48,912 nucleotides of DNA, taken from positions 1 through 48,912 of the forward strand of contig CAZHJG010000002.1 in the NCBI GenBank assembly GCA_964533425.1. Reading direction: 5' to 3'. Numbering within the stretch: position 1 is the first letter of the stretch; each line of letters starts with the position of its first letter. Under the pieces are notes generated by a model. It saw only the letters and a program-made list of their open reading frames with translations. It was not told the DNA's origin and ran no database searches. Shown one piece after another: positions 7,901 through 14,486 of the stretch. The translations under genes were made by a program, and so were the position numbers. This DNA comes from an uncultured Candidatus Saccharibacteria bacterium. GTDB lineage: Bacteria; Patescibacteriota; Saccharimonadia; Saccharimonadales; UBA4665.

Positions 7901-9407
7901 CGGTGGCGGTGGAGCGAGCATTGTCGCTGGCGCGGGCTGTACAGGTGGCGCAGGTGGTGCTCCTGGTGGCGGTGGAGGCGGGGGTGGCGCCTCAGGCTTG
8001 TCTTCGGCCGCTGGCGGAACAGGCGGCGCTGGGGCGCGAGGCGAGGCCAAGATTTGGACACTGCGGGGGGCAGGAGCCGACCTTGCAGAAATCTACTGCA
8101 CAAACGACGCACAGTTACAGTCGGGTGACACAGTTGCCATAGATCCTACACTCAAGGCGGGTGTCCAAAAAACAGCCAAGGCTTATGACAAGAACGCGGT
8201 AGGCATAATTTCAACTAATCCAGGTCTGGTTACCGGTAGCGTAGAAGACCAATGCGTCAAACCTGTGCTCGTAGCCTTATCTGGACGTGTGCCGGTTCAT
8301 GTCTCAATGGAAAACGGCCCAATCCAACCCGGCGATTACCTGACACCCTCCTCCACACCAGGGGTGGCCATGAAAGCTACTAAAGCAGGCCTAATAATCG
8401 GGCAAGCTCTAACAGGTGATGACGGCAGTATGCCCCCAGACGACCAATTCGTAGTGGCCTTCGTTAAGAACGGTGATTACAATGGCAGCGGAATCAACGA
8501 TGTCGTGCCACAGACTACTCCAGTCGATTCCTCCACTGATTCATCTGCAACTGCTGCGCCGGACGAAGAAATGCAAGCTCTGCGGTACTTCATGGGTTGG
8601 AAGAACCAAGCTGTCGATACCAGCGATCTGACATCGGATGGGCTATCCGAAGTCATGACCGACCGCATAAGCGCCGATGTTGACGTCATAACGCCTTCGG
8701 TAATCGCCGATAAAGTTGCCACCAATACCATCACCCCGTCAACCACCGGCAACATAACGATTGATCCAGGCCAAAACGGCAGCGTCTTCATCAAGAATAA
8801 GAACGGTGATAACAGCTTCAGCATCGACGCCGATGGCAACGCCCAATTTGGTGTTGACCTGAATGTGCTCGGAAAGATGGAGGTTGGCGGCGATTTAACT
8901 ATCAACGGCGATTCGCTGTTTGGTGGCAACGCCACCTTTGCCAAGATGGCTCAATTCCTTGGGGACACAACATTCAACGGCGATGTGAATGCCAACGGCC
9001 GCGTGACCTTCAACAATGATGCCGGCGGCATCGCTATTATTAAGGACGGTGACACTCGCGTTAACGTTAAATTTGGTAAAGAATATGCTCAATCGCCTAT
9101 CATCACTGCGTCACTGGTATCAGACCAGGTACGCTTAAGCGATGGTACCATCGAAGATCCGCAGCTCAAAGAACAACGTTTGTTTGACGCCGGCTACAAC
9201 TACTTAGTTTCCAATGTGACCACCAAAGGCTTTACAATAGTATTGAGCAAGAAGGCGGCGGAGGACATTCAGTTCAACTGGTCAGCTGTGGCAGTCAATA
9301 ACGCTAACACCTTCACGTCAAGCCAAAACGGTGCTCCATCGGGCGGTACAACCAACAATACCTCGACCAATGACAACTCACCTTCATCAACCTCATCAGG
9401 ACCGTAA
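4929..9407 (+). CDS. Giant (1492 aa) N-terminally anchored fibre-like surface protein with a lectin/LamG-like domain and a glycine-rich block
   Basis: SD AAGGGGGA lies upstream of the ATG. There is an N-terminal TM/signal anchor (VVLGVATVSLGLLFSVFGLLL). An N-terminal module (INQEVSFEGKIVDGSGLNLADNTYNMEFKIY...PYALNS) resembles those in tail-fibre-like proteins. A FESGTMGAWTN...YDDVLV segment looks concanavalin/LamG-like. A Gly/Ala-rich block of ~300 aa spans nt 7140-8050. A C-terminal module reads DLAEIY...VALSGRVPVHVSMENGPIQPGDYLTPS. Confidence 0.85.
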   Translation: MLSKRGVVLGVATVSLGLLFSVFGLLLSPEKTAAVTGINQEVSFEGKIVDGSGLNLADNTYNMEFKIYTAAGSCNPTTGVGCTLGWTEDWLVSASHGVTTSSGTFEVNLDSIAANNFSGIDFNTNPLYLSIQVGNTSSCTPSGNFTANCGGDGEMKPYILLTSSPYALNSGLLGGLAASSFGQLAANETFTGTNTFQPTTNITSVKILQNSSGSFGQDVFDVQGSGGASNFIQVTSTAANQGAVTIQSLGSNALNLNSGSNTVSVGATNITGTGALTVAAGGSATNLDLEGATTGSVSVGTSANNKTVNIGAVGSTANTTTLNLANSTGAAQTVSIGSTNTTSSTTIKGGTGSGAGGIILNPGGASNSGVVVMPSADSTAVFQIQNASSSSLFNVDTNGLNIALNGNITVSGAGSTLFSDGFESGTMGAWTNTGMTVQTSTVHSGADAAQAAYTAGSTKFATGNLSSSSSSVYYRAYVYIAGNTNSNGNDLMQVIASANAFTVFITNSGSGNVVCLFNSVTSGSTCGTATMSITTWHEMELRVNTGTSGSWQLSMDGILVASASGVNMGSSNATSIEIGEGNAGKSSLTSNYDDVLVTGNVASFTVNGPSTLGGSVLAKPVSDSTSAFQIQTSTGNNLLAVDTTNSQIILGKAGTLTAKLVLASSGSSSFTASIQANASPTANINWVLPAADSAGCLQSNGSGTLSIAACGDTHVDDLTATTATWNKPTNALLLIVELIGGGGGGGGGGGGSSGTTAATGGGAGGGGAYVTKTFAASNVAAGNQTITVGAATGNAAGGTNTTGTNGGGGNSTTFLTTPILTAFGGGGGSRGNNSATLSGGGGGGGSTGAGSSSASSATGGAGGLPGLTAAATGAAAGAPGTQNPGNGGGGGGNGAAGGNGGLANWGGGGGAGSNLGGTAGNAGGSSGHGAAGGGAGGSCAATCAATAGGAGGAVPSGAAGGGGTAGAAASCATTGSGGAGTASTSMYGGAGGGGGASIVAGAGCTGGAGGAPGGGGGGGGASGLSSAAGGTGGAGARGEAKIWTLRGAGADLAEIYCTNDAQLQSGDTVAIDPTLKAGVQKTAKAYDKNAVGIISTNPGLVTGSVEDQCVKPVLVALSGRVPVHVSMENGPIQPGDYLTPSSTPGVAMKATKAGLIIGQALTGDDGSMPPDDQFVVAFVKNGDYNGSGINDVVPQTTPVDSSTDSSATAAPDEEMQALRYFMGWKNQAVDTSDLTSDGLSEVMTDRISADVDVITPSVIADKVATNTITPSTTGNITIDPGQNGSVFIKNKNGDNSFSIDADGNAQFGVDLNVLGKMEVGGDLTINGDSLFGGNATFAKMAQFLGDTTFNGDVNANGRVTFNNDAGGIAIIKDGDTRVNVKFGKEYAQSPIITASLVSDQVRLSDGTIEDPQLKEQRLFDAGYNYLVSNVTTKGFTIVLSKKAAEDIQFNWSAVAVNNANTFTSSQNGAPSGGTTNNTSTNDNSPSSTSSGP
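7146..7181 (+). repeat. Perfect tandem repeat (GGCGGCGGAGGT)x3 encoding poly-Gly inside the giant gene
   Basis: Three identical 12-nt units at 7146-7157, 7158-7169 and 7170-7181, in frame. They mark the start of the GC-rich glycine block. Confidence 0.95.
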
Positions 9408-9410
9408 TAA

Positions 9411-9857
9411 GTGAAACAGAAGAAGTCAAAAGCCAAGCCAATCATGGATGTTATGCCCGCCAGGCAGGGTGCACGCACCGTTCAGCTACCTGAATTTCTG
9501 ACAGCAAAATTTCTAGGGATAGCTGCCGCAGTCGTAGTCGTTATCATAGTCATTGTTCTAGTGGTCAGCCACTATTCAAATAAATCGGCAGGCGGTCAAA
9601 AGCAGATAAATGACACCGTAGCCAAAGTAAGCAAACTTTTCCTTGTGCCGCAAGGCGAGCAGCCAACCCTGGCTATTATTAATGATGCTAGTAAGTACAA
9701 AAATATAACATTCTTTAAAGATGCTGCCAACGGCGACCGTTTGTTGATCTATGCGCAGGCCAGGGAAGCAATTCTCTACCGGCCAAGTATCAATAAAATC
9801 ATCGCTGTTGCTCCACTGAACCCGGGCACGGCTCCGACTACAACAAACACACGGTAA
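9411..9857 (+). CDS. Single-pass membrane protein, hypothetical
   Basis: 148 aa with a GTG start 1 nt after the giant gene's tandem stops. Basic N-terminus (KKSKAKPIMDVMPARQG), one TM helix (FLGIAAAVVVVIIVIVLVV) and a small C-terminal domain. Confidence 0.65.
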   Translation: MKQKKSKAKPIMDVMPARQGARTVQLPEFLTAKFLGIAAAVVVVIIVIVLVVSHYSNKSAGGQKQINDTVAKVSKLFLVPQGEQPTLAIINDASKYKNITFFKDAANGDRLLIYAQAREAILYRPSINKIIAVAPLNPGTAPTTTNTR

Positions 9858-10766
9858 TTAATGCAAGTTGTTGACGTACTTGTACACCATTGCTGATAAA
9901 TCCTTGATGTGTTTGTCGGCTGCCGGCCCGTCTTCGTTCAAAAGAATGCACAACGAGTAGTCTTTGTTGGGAACGTACACAATGCCACAGTCACTTTGAG
10001 TAATGTTACTAAAGGAACCAAGTTTACGAGCTACTAGCACATTGCTTGGTACGCCAGCCCGGATCCGGCTATTGTCATCGCTGTCCATAGTCAAGTAATT
10101 CAAGATAGATTGCGAGTCCTTTTCGTTCAAGAAACACGAGAAGTATAAGCATTGCAGCACGGAGTTATAGGAGCGTGAACTTATAAGCACCAGCGGCCCT
10201 TTATTGCTGTCACCGGCCTGCGTCTCGATGTCTAGATTATTCAGTGACTGGTCCGAAGCGGGTAGCAAGCCCTGCGTGGCATTAAAAATAGTGTAAGCGG
10301 CGGTATTATCCGACTCGCTGAGCGTAATCTTGGCCGCAGTATCTAAACGGACTTTTTGACCCGGCTTAAGATGCGCCAGGTTACCATACTTAGTGTCGTT
10401 GGAGTTGAGCGCACCACTTGGAACGGTAACTTCTTTACTTAACGAAATCTTGTTTTCCTCAACAGCCTTGTACAGATCCATAACGATAGGAATCTTCATA
10501 AGCGAAGCGCCAACCAGCTGATTGCTGTCGCCGTCACGGATTGTAGAACCCGTAAAGAGGTATTCGAAATAAAAGCTATGGTCAACGTTAGCCTTTGCCA
10601 AATAGCTCTTCACCTGATCTCTGAGTGGCTGGAAGTTGACGTCGTTATAGGCTGTTTTATCCTGAAAAAGACGGCTGGCAAGTAAGGGGTACTTATGTTC
10701 TTGCCTGTCAGCGCTCAAATCCGCGATTAAAAACACCGCCAGAACAATCGTGGCACACAGGAGCAC
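9858..10766 (-). CDS. Class A beta-lactamase-like serine hydrolase, membrane-anchored
   Basis: Shows an S-x-x-K motif (GASLMK), an SDN-type motif (SESDN) and a KTG-like motif (RKLGS), plus an N-terminal hydrophobic anchor. The start is uncertain. The listed GTG at 10766 lies ~35 nt from a strong SD (AAGGAGG). The in-frame upstream stretch ISKRLLYITSG has no canonical start codon. Confidence 0.7.
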   Translation of the reverse strand: MLLCATIVLAVFLIADLSADRQEHKYPLLASRLFQDKTAYNDVNFQPLRDQVKSYLAKANVDHSFYFEYLFTGSTIRDGDSNQLVGASLMKIPIVMDLYKAVEENKISLSKEVTVPSGALNSNDTKYGNLAHLKPGQKVRLDTAAKITLSESDNTAAYTIFNATQGLLPASDQSLNNLDIETQAGDSNKGPLVLISSRSYNSVLQCLYFSCFLNEKDSQSILNYLTMDSDDNSRIRAGVPSNVLVARKLGSFSNITQSDCGIVYVPNKDYSLCILLNEDGPAADKHIKDLSAMVYKYVNNLH

Positions 10767-11085
10767 ACCGCTAGTGATATACAGAAGTCTCTTGCTGATA
10801 GCCTCCTTATTTTACACAACGGGGAAGGTATGTTGAACGAGATTTTTTATTTTAAGGAAGCGCAAGGTGTTACTAACTGTAAGATATTTTACAGCACTTC
10901 ATATGCAAGGAGCCTATGCTGCAAGGGTATTAACAAATTGTCAAGACAAAGACCATTTGCCAAGACAAAAAAGGATAAAGTATGACAATTGAACAAATGT
11001 TGGGCAACCTCCATACCATGGCGCAAAACACTTCCACGCCGGTGGCAAAGGCCACTCGCGCCAAAAACAAAAAAGTAACGCGCGT

Positions 11086-11511
11086 TTAGGCGGTTGGCAC
11101 CGGTGAACCGGAGATATTGACGAGCCACTGCACGCCGAACTTATCGACGCACATGCCAAACGTGTCGCCCCAAACAGCTTTTTCGAGCGGCATGGTCACC
11201 GTGCCACCTGCTGAAAGCTTTTCAAAGTAACCGCTGAGCAACGCTTCATCATCACCACTGAGAGACATGTTAAAAGTGTTACCTGGCTTGTATTCCATGC
11301 GCTTGGGTGTATCTGACGCCATAAACGTTAGGCCGCCAGGGGCCTCCAGAACCGAATGCATAATCAAATTTTCCTCGCTAGGGTCTTGTGCGGCGTGTAA
11401 ATCCTTAAATGTACGCAGATCAAGCTCCCCACCAAACACCGATTTATAAAACTCCATCGCCTCCCGCGCATTATCCTTAAAACTTAAATATGGATTAAGT
11501 TGTACTGCCAT
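11086..11511 (-). CDS. VOC/glyoxalase-fold protein (PhnB/YjdN-like)
   Basis: I place the start at the Met at 11511, preceded by AAGGAGGG. The N-terminus MAVQLNPYLSFKDNAREAMEFYKSVFGG and the C-terminal FGVQWLVN are typical of this family. The 23 upstream codons of the listed ORF look spurious. Confidence 0.75.
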   Translation of the reverse strand: MAVQLNPYLSFKDNAREAMEFYKSVFGGELDLRTFKDLHAAQDPSEENLIMHSVLEAPGGLTFMASDTPKRMEYKPGNTFNMSLSGDDEALLSGYFEKLSAGGTVTMPLEKAVWGDTFGMCVDKFGVQWLVNISGSPVPTA

Positions 11512-11580
11512 AGACCCTCCTTTGCTTAATGTGATCAGTATAGTGCCCTGATTATAGTTCGACAGTAACAAAGCCGACAA

Positions 11581-11931
11581 TTATTTGCTATGCAGATAAT
11601 CCTGAAGAACTGCGGCATGATTAATTTTGGAGTCACGGGCAGCGTAGAGCAACGTAACGGTTTTGTGCTCATTGATTACTTTAAGCATGGCTGCCAGGGC
11701 TGGGTTCGTTTCGAGCTCTTTGCGGTACCGATGACTAAACTCTGCAAACTTACCAGAATCATGCTTAAACCACATGCGCAGCTCAGCTGACGGTGCTATA
11801 TCTTTTGCCCATTCATCCAGTAAAGCCTTTTCTTTACTAACACCGCGCGGCCAAAGCCGGTCCACCAATATCCTGAAGCCATCTTCTGGCTTTGGCTCAT
11901 CATAGATGCGTTTAATATGTACTTCAGTCAT
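11581..11931 (-). CDS. DUF488 family protein
   Basis: IKRIYDEPKPEDGFRILVDRLWPRGVSKEKA...WAKDIAPSAELRMWFKHD matches the DUF488 signature from memory. Confidence 0.75.
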   Translation of the reverse strand: MTEVHIKRIYDEPKPEDGFRILVDRLWPRGVSKEKALLDEWAKDIAPSAELRMWFKHDSGKFAEFSHRYRKELETNPALAAMLKVINEHKTVTLLYAARDSKINHAAVLQDYLHSK

Positions 11932-11969
11932 AAAGTTAGTATACCGCCATTGCAGAGGTTAGAACCAAA

Positions 11970-12488
11970 CTAATTAGTTTGGCGTACTAACTCAACGGCA
12001 TTCTTGCACATCTCAGGTAAATTATCTGCAATCTTAACGTCGGGACAATCCTGGTCAAATCGGCGTCTAATGTAACGAGCGTTACCAAAGCCGTCTTCTA
12101 TGCCAAGAGTGAGCCTGGCGCCCTCATACTCATGGCGCATTTTCCATTCGGCGAGCTCAAATCTTGAAGTTTGAGCATATGCACGTCCTGGGGTTTCCTC
12201 AGTCTGAGCTGCAAGCCAGAATCCGATGACACCAATTCGTCCAGCTTGACGTAAAAGGTATGTCTCCCAATCCACTTGTTTCTCATATACAAATGTTCCT
12301 TCGGGATAATCTCTACGGGGTGACGCCACGATTATCCCTGGATCTAAGCAATGAATTTGTGAAGCAGCCTCCGTTTGCCACTCGGGAGCACCTTGAATAG
12401 GGCCTGCCAAAAATATCACTGGACCATGTACTTCAACAATTTCAGGCGGTTGCAATAATAGACGTTCCGACATAAGCCAATCGTACAA
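11970..12488 (-). CDS. Nucleoside 2-deoxyribosyltransferase-like domain protein (tentative)
   Basis: 172 aa. The motifs VIFLAGPIQGAPEWQ ... WETYLL ... IGFWL ... SRFELAEW resemble the Nuc_deoxyri_tr2-type fold. Confidence 0.5.
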   Translation of the reverse strand: MYDWLMSERLLLQPPEIVEVHGPVIFLAGPIQGAPEWQTEAASQIHCLDPGIIVASPRRDYPEGTFVYEKQVDWETYLLRQAGRIGVIGFWLAAQTEETPGRAYAQTSRFELAEWKMRHEYEGARLTLGIEDGFGNARYIRRRFDQDCPDVKIADNLPEMCKNAVELVRQTN

Positions 12489-12520
12489 TATGAAAATGAG
12501 ATTTAATAATACTTAAGCTT

Positions 12521-12597
12521 TGGTACGCGCGAAGGGATTCGAACCCCCGACCTTTGGTACCGGAAACCAACGCTCTATCCAGCTGAGCTACGCGCGC
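12521..12597 (-). tRNA. tRNA-Arg (anticodon CCG), CCA encoded
   Basis: 77-nt cloverleaf folded by hand: acceptor GCGCGCG/CGCGCGT, D arm GCTC/GAGC, anticodon arm TTGGT-TTCCGGT-ACCAA, T arm GGGGG-TTCGAAT-CCCTT, then ACCA. Confidence 0.9.
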
Positions 12598-12682
12598 AAA
12601 TCGATCAAAAACTAAAGGTACGGTATGCCTACGCGCTAAACTTCTGCTAAATAGAGCGTTTAACTAAATATTGTCGACTTCG

Positions 12683-12711
12683 CCAACGCCAGCTGAGCTA
12701 CGCGCGCAAAT
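12683..12711 (-). repeat. Duplicated 5' fragment of the adjacent tRNA-Arg(CCG)
   Basis: CCAGCTGAGCTACGCGCGCAAAT occurs identically at 12579-12601 and 12689-12711, offset by 110 bp. The second copy is preceded by CCAACGC, matching the tRNA anticodon-stem side with the D-loop TCTAT deleted. No 3' half follows. Confidence 0.85.
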
Positions 12712-12752
12712 TAACTGAACCTTCTTCAGTTTATCATTCAGTAGGAATTGGG

Positions 12753-13349
12753 CTAGCGCTCATCAGCATTGAGCAGAATGCCGTTGCTGTCGTATGGTGA
12801 GGTCAAGCCAACTGGCATTACTGTGTGCTCGCCGCTCTTATGACGGGCAACGATGTTGAGGCTAGGCCCCCGCGCACTCTCGTAATTGTTCGTTACCTGC
12901 ACCACGGCAGAAGTGGTGGAGAAGGGATCGGCTGCATACGAACCCCCAGGCGAAGCCGTAAAAATGAAGTCACTATCAACTTTTGCGACCCGTTCTGGAA
13001 GAGGACTGACTACGATACCCTTCACGCCATTGCCACGCTCAAATAACTGGAACAATCGCCACTTATTACCAACCCTGGCTTTAACCGGGTCCTGCGTTTC
13101 ATTCGTAAACGTGGTACGGGCACCAGGATGGGCCCAGAAAACGTCATAATTTGGTTCTACGCCAACTGGTTTACGATGATGAATGCGTTCTTCAAGCGTA
13201 CGAACCGCTCGCTTAAGCGGAGAAGTATTAGCCGTAGCCGTCGGTGCGCTTACCAGGCCAAGAGTGGCTGTCAAAGCCAACACAGCTAGACGATTGTGAG
13301 AGGAGCCATACGAAATGGCTCGATCTTTGGATTGCGAGAATTCACTCAT
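12753..13349 (-). CDS. Secreted hypothetical protein
   Basis: 198 aa with a signal-like segment LAVLALTATLGLVSAPTATA. A consensus promoter lies directly upstream. Confidence 0.6.
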   Translation of the reverse strand: MSEFSQSKDRAISYGSSHNRLAVLALTATLGLVSAPTATANTSPLKRAVRTLEERIHHRKPVGVEPNYDVFWAHPGARTTFTNETQDPVKARVGNKWRLFQLFERGNGVKGIVVSPLPERVAKVDSDFIFTASPGGSYAADPFSTTSAVVQVTNNYESARGPSLNIVARHKSGEHTVMPVGLTSPYDSNGILLNADER

Positions 13350-13359
13350 AACAGATAGT

Positions 13360-13388
13360 AGTATATCTTATATTCGCACTTTTGTCAA
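13360..13388 (-). promoter_or_regulatory. Promoter for 12753..13349, giving a near-leaderless transcript
   Basis: On the minus strand: TTGACA (13388-13383), a 17-nt spacer, TATACT (13365-13360). The ATG at 13349 lies only ~10 nt past the -10 box. Confidence 0.5.
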
Positions 13389-13399
13389 TGCATGCAGGG

Positions 13400-13831
13400 C
13401 TACTTGGCGGGTGCTGTTTTAGGCGCAGACAATTCAGGTAATACCTGCCGGATCGAAAATGTAACGATAAACGCGGCGATCAAACTACCTACCAATAATA
13501 AGGGGAATAAGATACTAAATGATAAAAATATTGCCAGCAGGCTTAGGGGCACGCACTTCGCCAGATATAACTTTGTCCCCTGATGATGACTGCGCACATA
13601 CTGATTTCCAACCACGATCGCCGTTACATAGCTTAACAGGTTGCCAATACCCAAAAGAAGTATGGCGGCGAGAAATCCGTAGTCGGTACTGTCATTTGAT
13701 GGGTCGGATGATAGGTTGCCAGTGACCAGACCTATAAGCAGCGTCAACACTATGCCGCCAACGACGCCGACGGCTAGAGCCCACAACCAGATGTGGAGAA
13801 ACAACCGTGATCTGAGTGTTGCCTTGATCAT
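13400..13831 (-). CDS. Multi-pass membrane protein, hypothetical
   Basis: 143 aa with about four hydrophobic helices (e.g. LWALAVGVVGGIVLTLLIGLV, FLAAILLLGIGNLLSYVTAIVV). Confidence 0.6.
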   Translation of the reverse strand: MIKATLRSRLFLHIWLWALAVGVVGGIVLTLLIGLVTGNLSSDPSNDSTDYGFLAAILLLGIGNLLSYVTAIVVGNQYVRSHHQGTKLYLAKCVPLSLLAIFLSFSILFPLLLVGSLIAAFIVTFSIRQVLPELSAPKTAPAK

Positions 13832-13913
13832 ACATTTTCAGTATAACAATTCCACCCCTAAAGTGATACGTTGTCCAGATGAGCCCGGCTATGCTTGCGG
13901 TATCATGTGTACT

Positions 13914-14429
13914 ATGGCCAAGACCATTCTTATTGTAGAAAAAATACGGATTATCGGCGTCAATCCCTACGTTCTAGTCACTGCTAACAAGGCCGCGGCG
14001 CTTAAGCCAGACTGGCGCAAACCCATGCCGGTTAGCCTACAAATTAATGGCGATGAGAGCCTTGAGTGGCGCACCAATATGATGCCGACCGGCGAAGGCA
14101 CCTTCTGCTTATACCTGCACGGCGAAATGCGCAAAGCTTCCAAAACCGAGGTAGGTGATACGGTGACTGTGAAAGTTTGGTTTAACGAGACATATCGAAA
14201 TGGTCCTCAAGATCCCATACCAGACTGGTTCCGTAAACCACTGGCCAAAAGCCCCACCGCCACCGCCAACTGGGAAAAGCTAACACCCAGCCGACAGAAG
14301 GAGATCCTGCGCTACCTGGCTAACCTTAAGTCTGACGAAGCCAAGCAGCGCAACCTGGCTCGCTTAATGCGATCCCTCGGAGGCGAGCCAACTCGTTTTA
14401 TGGGCCGTCACTGGGAAAATGGTAAATAA
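13914..14429 (+). CDS. DUF1905 / YdeI-OmpD-associated family protein
   Basis: I place the start at the Met at 13914 (MAKTILIVEKIRIIGVNPYVLV). The C-terminus reads W.KLTPSRQKEILRYLANLKSDEAKQRNLARLM, as in YdeI-type proteins. The listed 13716 extension overlaps the opposite-strand membrane gene and is rejected. Confidence 0.7.
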   Translation: MAKTILIVEKIRIIGVNPYVLVTANKAAALKPDWRKPMPVSLQINGDESLEWRTNMMPTGEGTFCLYLHGEMRKASKTEVGDTVTVKVWFNETYRNGPQDPIPDWFRKPLAKSPTATANWEKLTPSRQKEILRYLANLKSDEAKQRNLARLMRSLGGEPTRFMGRHWENGK

Positions 14430-14457
14430 TTGACAACAAATTCGATGAATTTATAAT
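14430..14457 (+). promoter_or_regulatory. Consensus sigma70-type promoter for the neprosin-like gene
   Basis: TTGACA (14430-14435), a 16-nt spacer, TATAAT (14452-14457), within the AATTGACAA context seen at other promoters here. No obvious SD lies before the ATG at 14487. Confidence 0.6.
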
Positions 14458-14486
14458 TACAAATAGCACCAAATATAAATAAACAC

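Noticed and set aside
7232-8142. Long ORFs opposite or out of frame within the giant gene: the 272-aa Pro-rich ORF at 7232..8050 (minus), 7330..7839 (minus) and 7645..8142 (plus).
   Set aside because: They are mirror images of the GGN/GCN-rich glycine block. Their composition is low-complexity Pro/Ala or Arg/His, they have no start context, and they are fully embedded in a well-supported 1492-aa frame.
4929-9407. The giant tail-fibre-like gene as part of a prophage.
   Set aside because: There are no capsid, terminase, portal, tape-measure, lysis or integrase genes within the surrounding 10 kb. The protein has its own N-terminal membrane anchor and sits in a surface-protein locus.
10767-11159. 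The minus-strand ORFs 10889..11128 and 10941..11159, and a 35-aa plus-strand ORF at 10982..11089.
   Set aside because: The minus-strand ORFs overlap each other and the end of the VOC gene, and have Cys/Arg-rich random-looking sequences. The small plus-strand ORF has only a weak SD and no support. This is probably the promoter/terminator region between convergently and divergently arranged genes.
13716-13913. Upstream extension of the DUF1905/YdeI ORF.
   Set aside because: It overlaps the opposite-strand membrane protein gene (13400..13831). The family-typical N-terminus starts at the Met at 13914.
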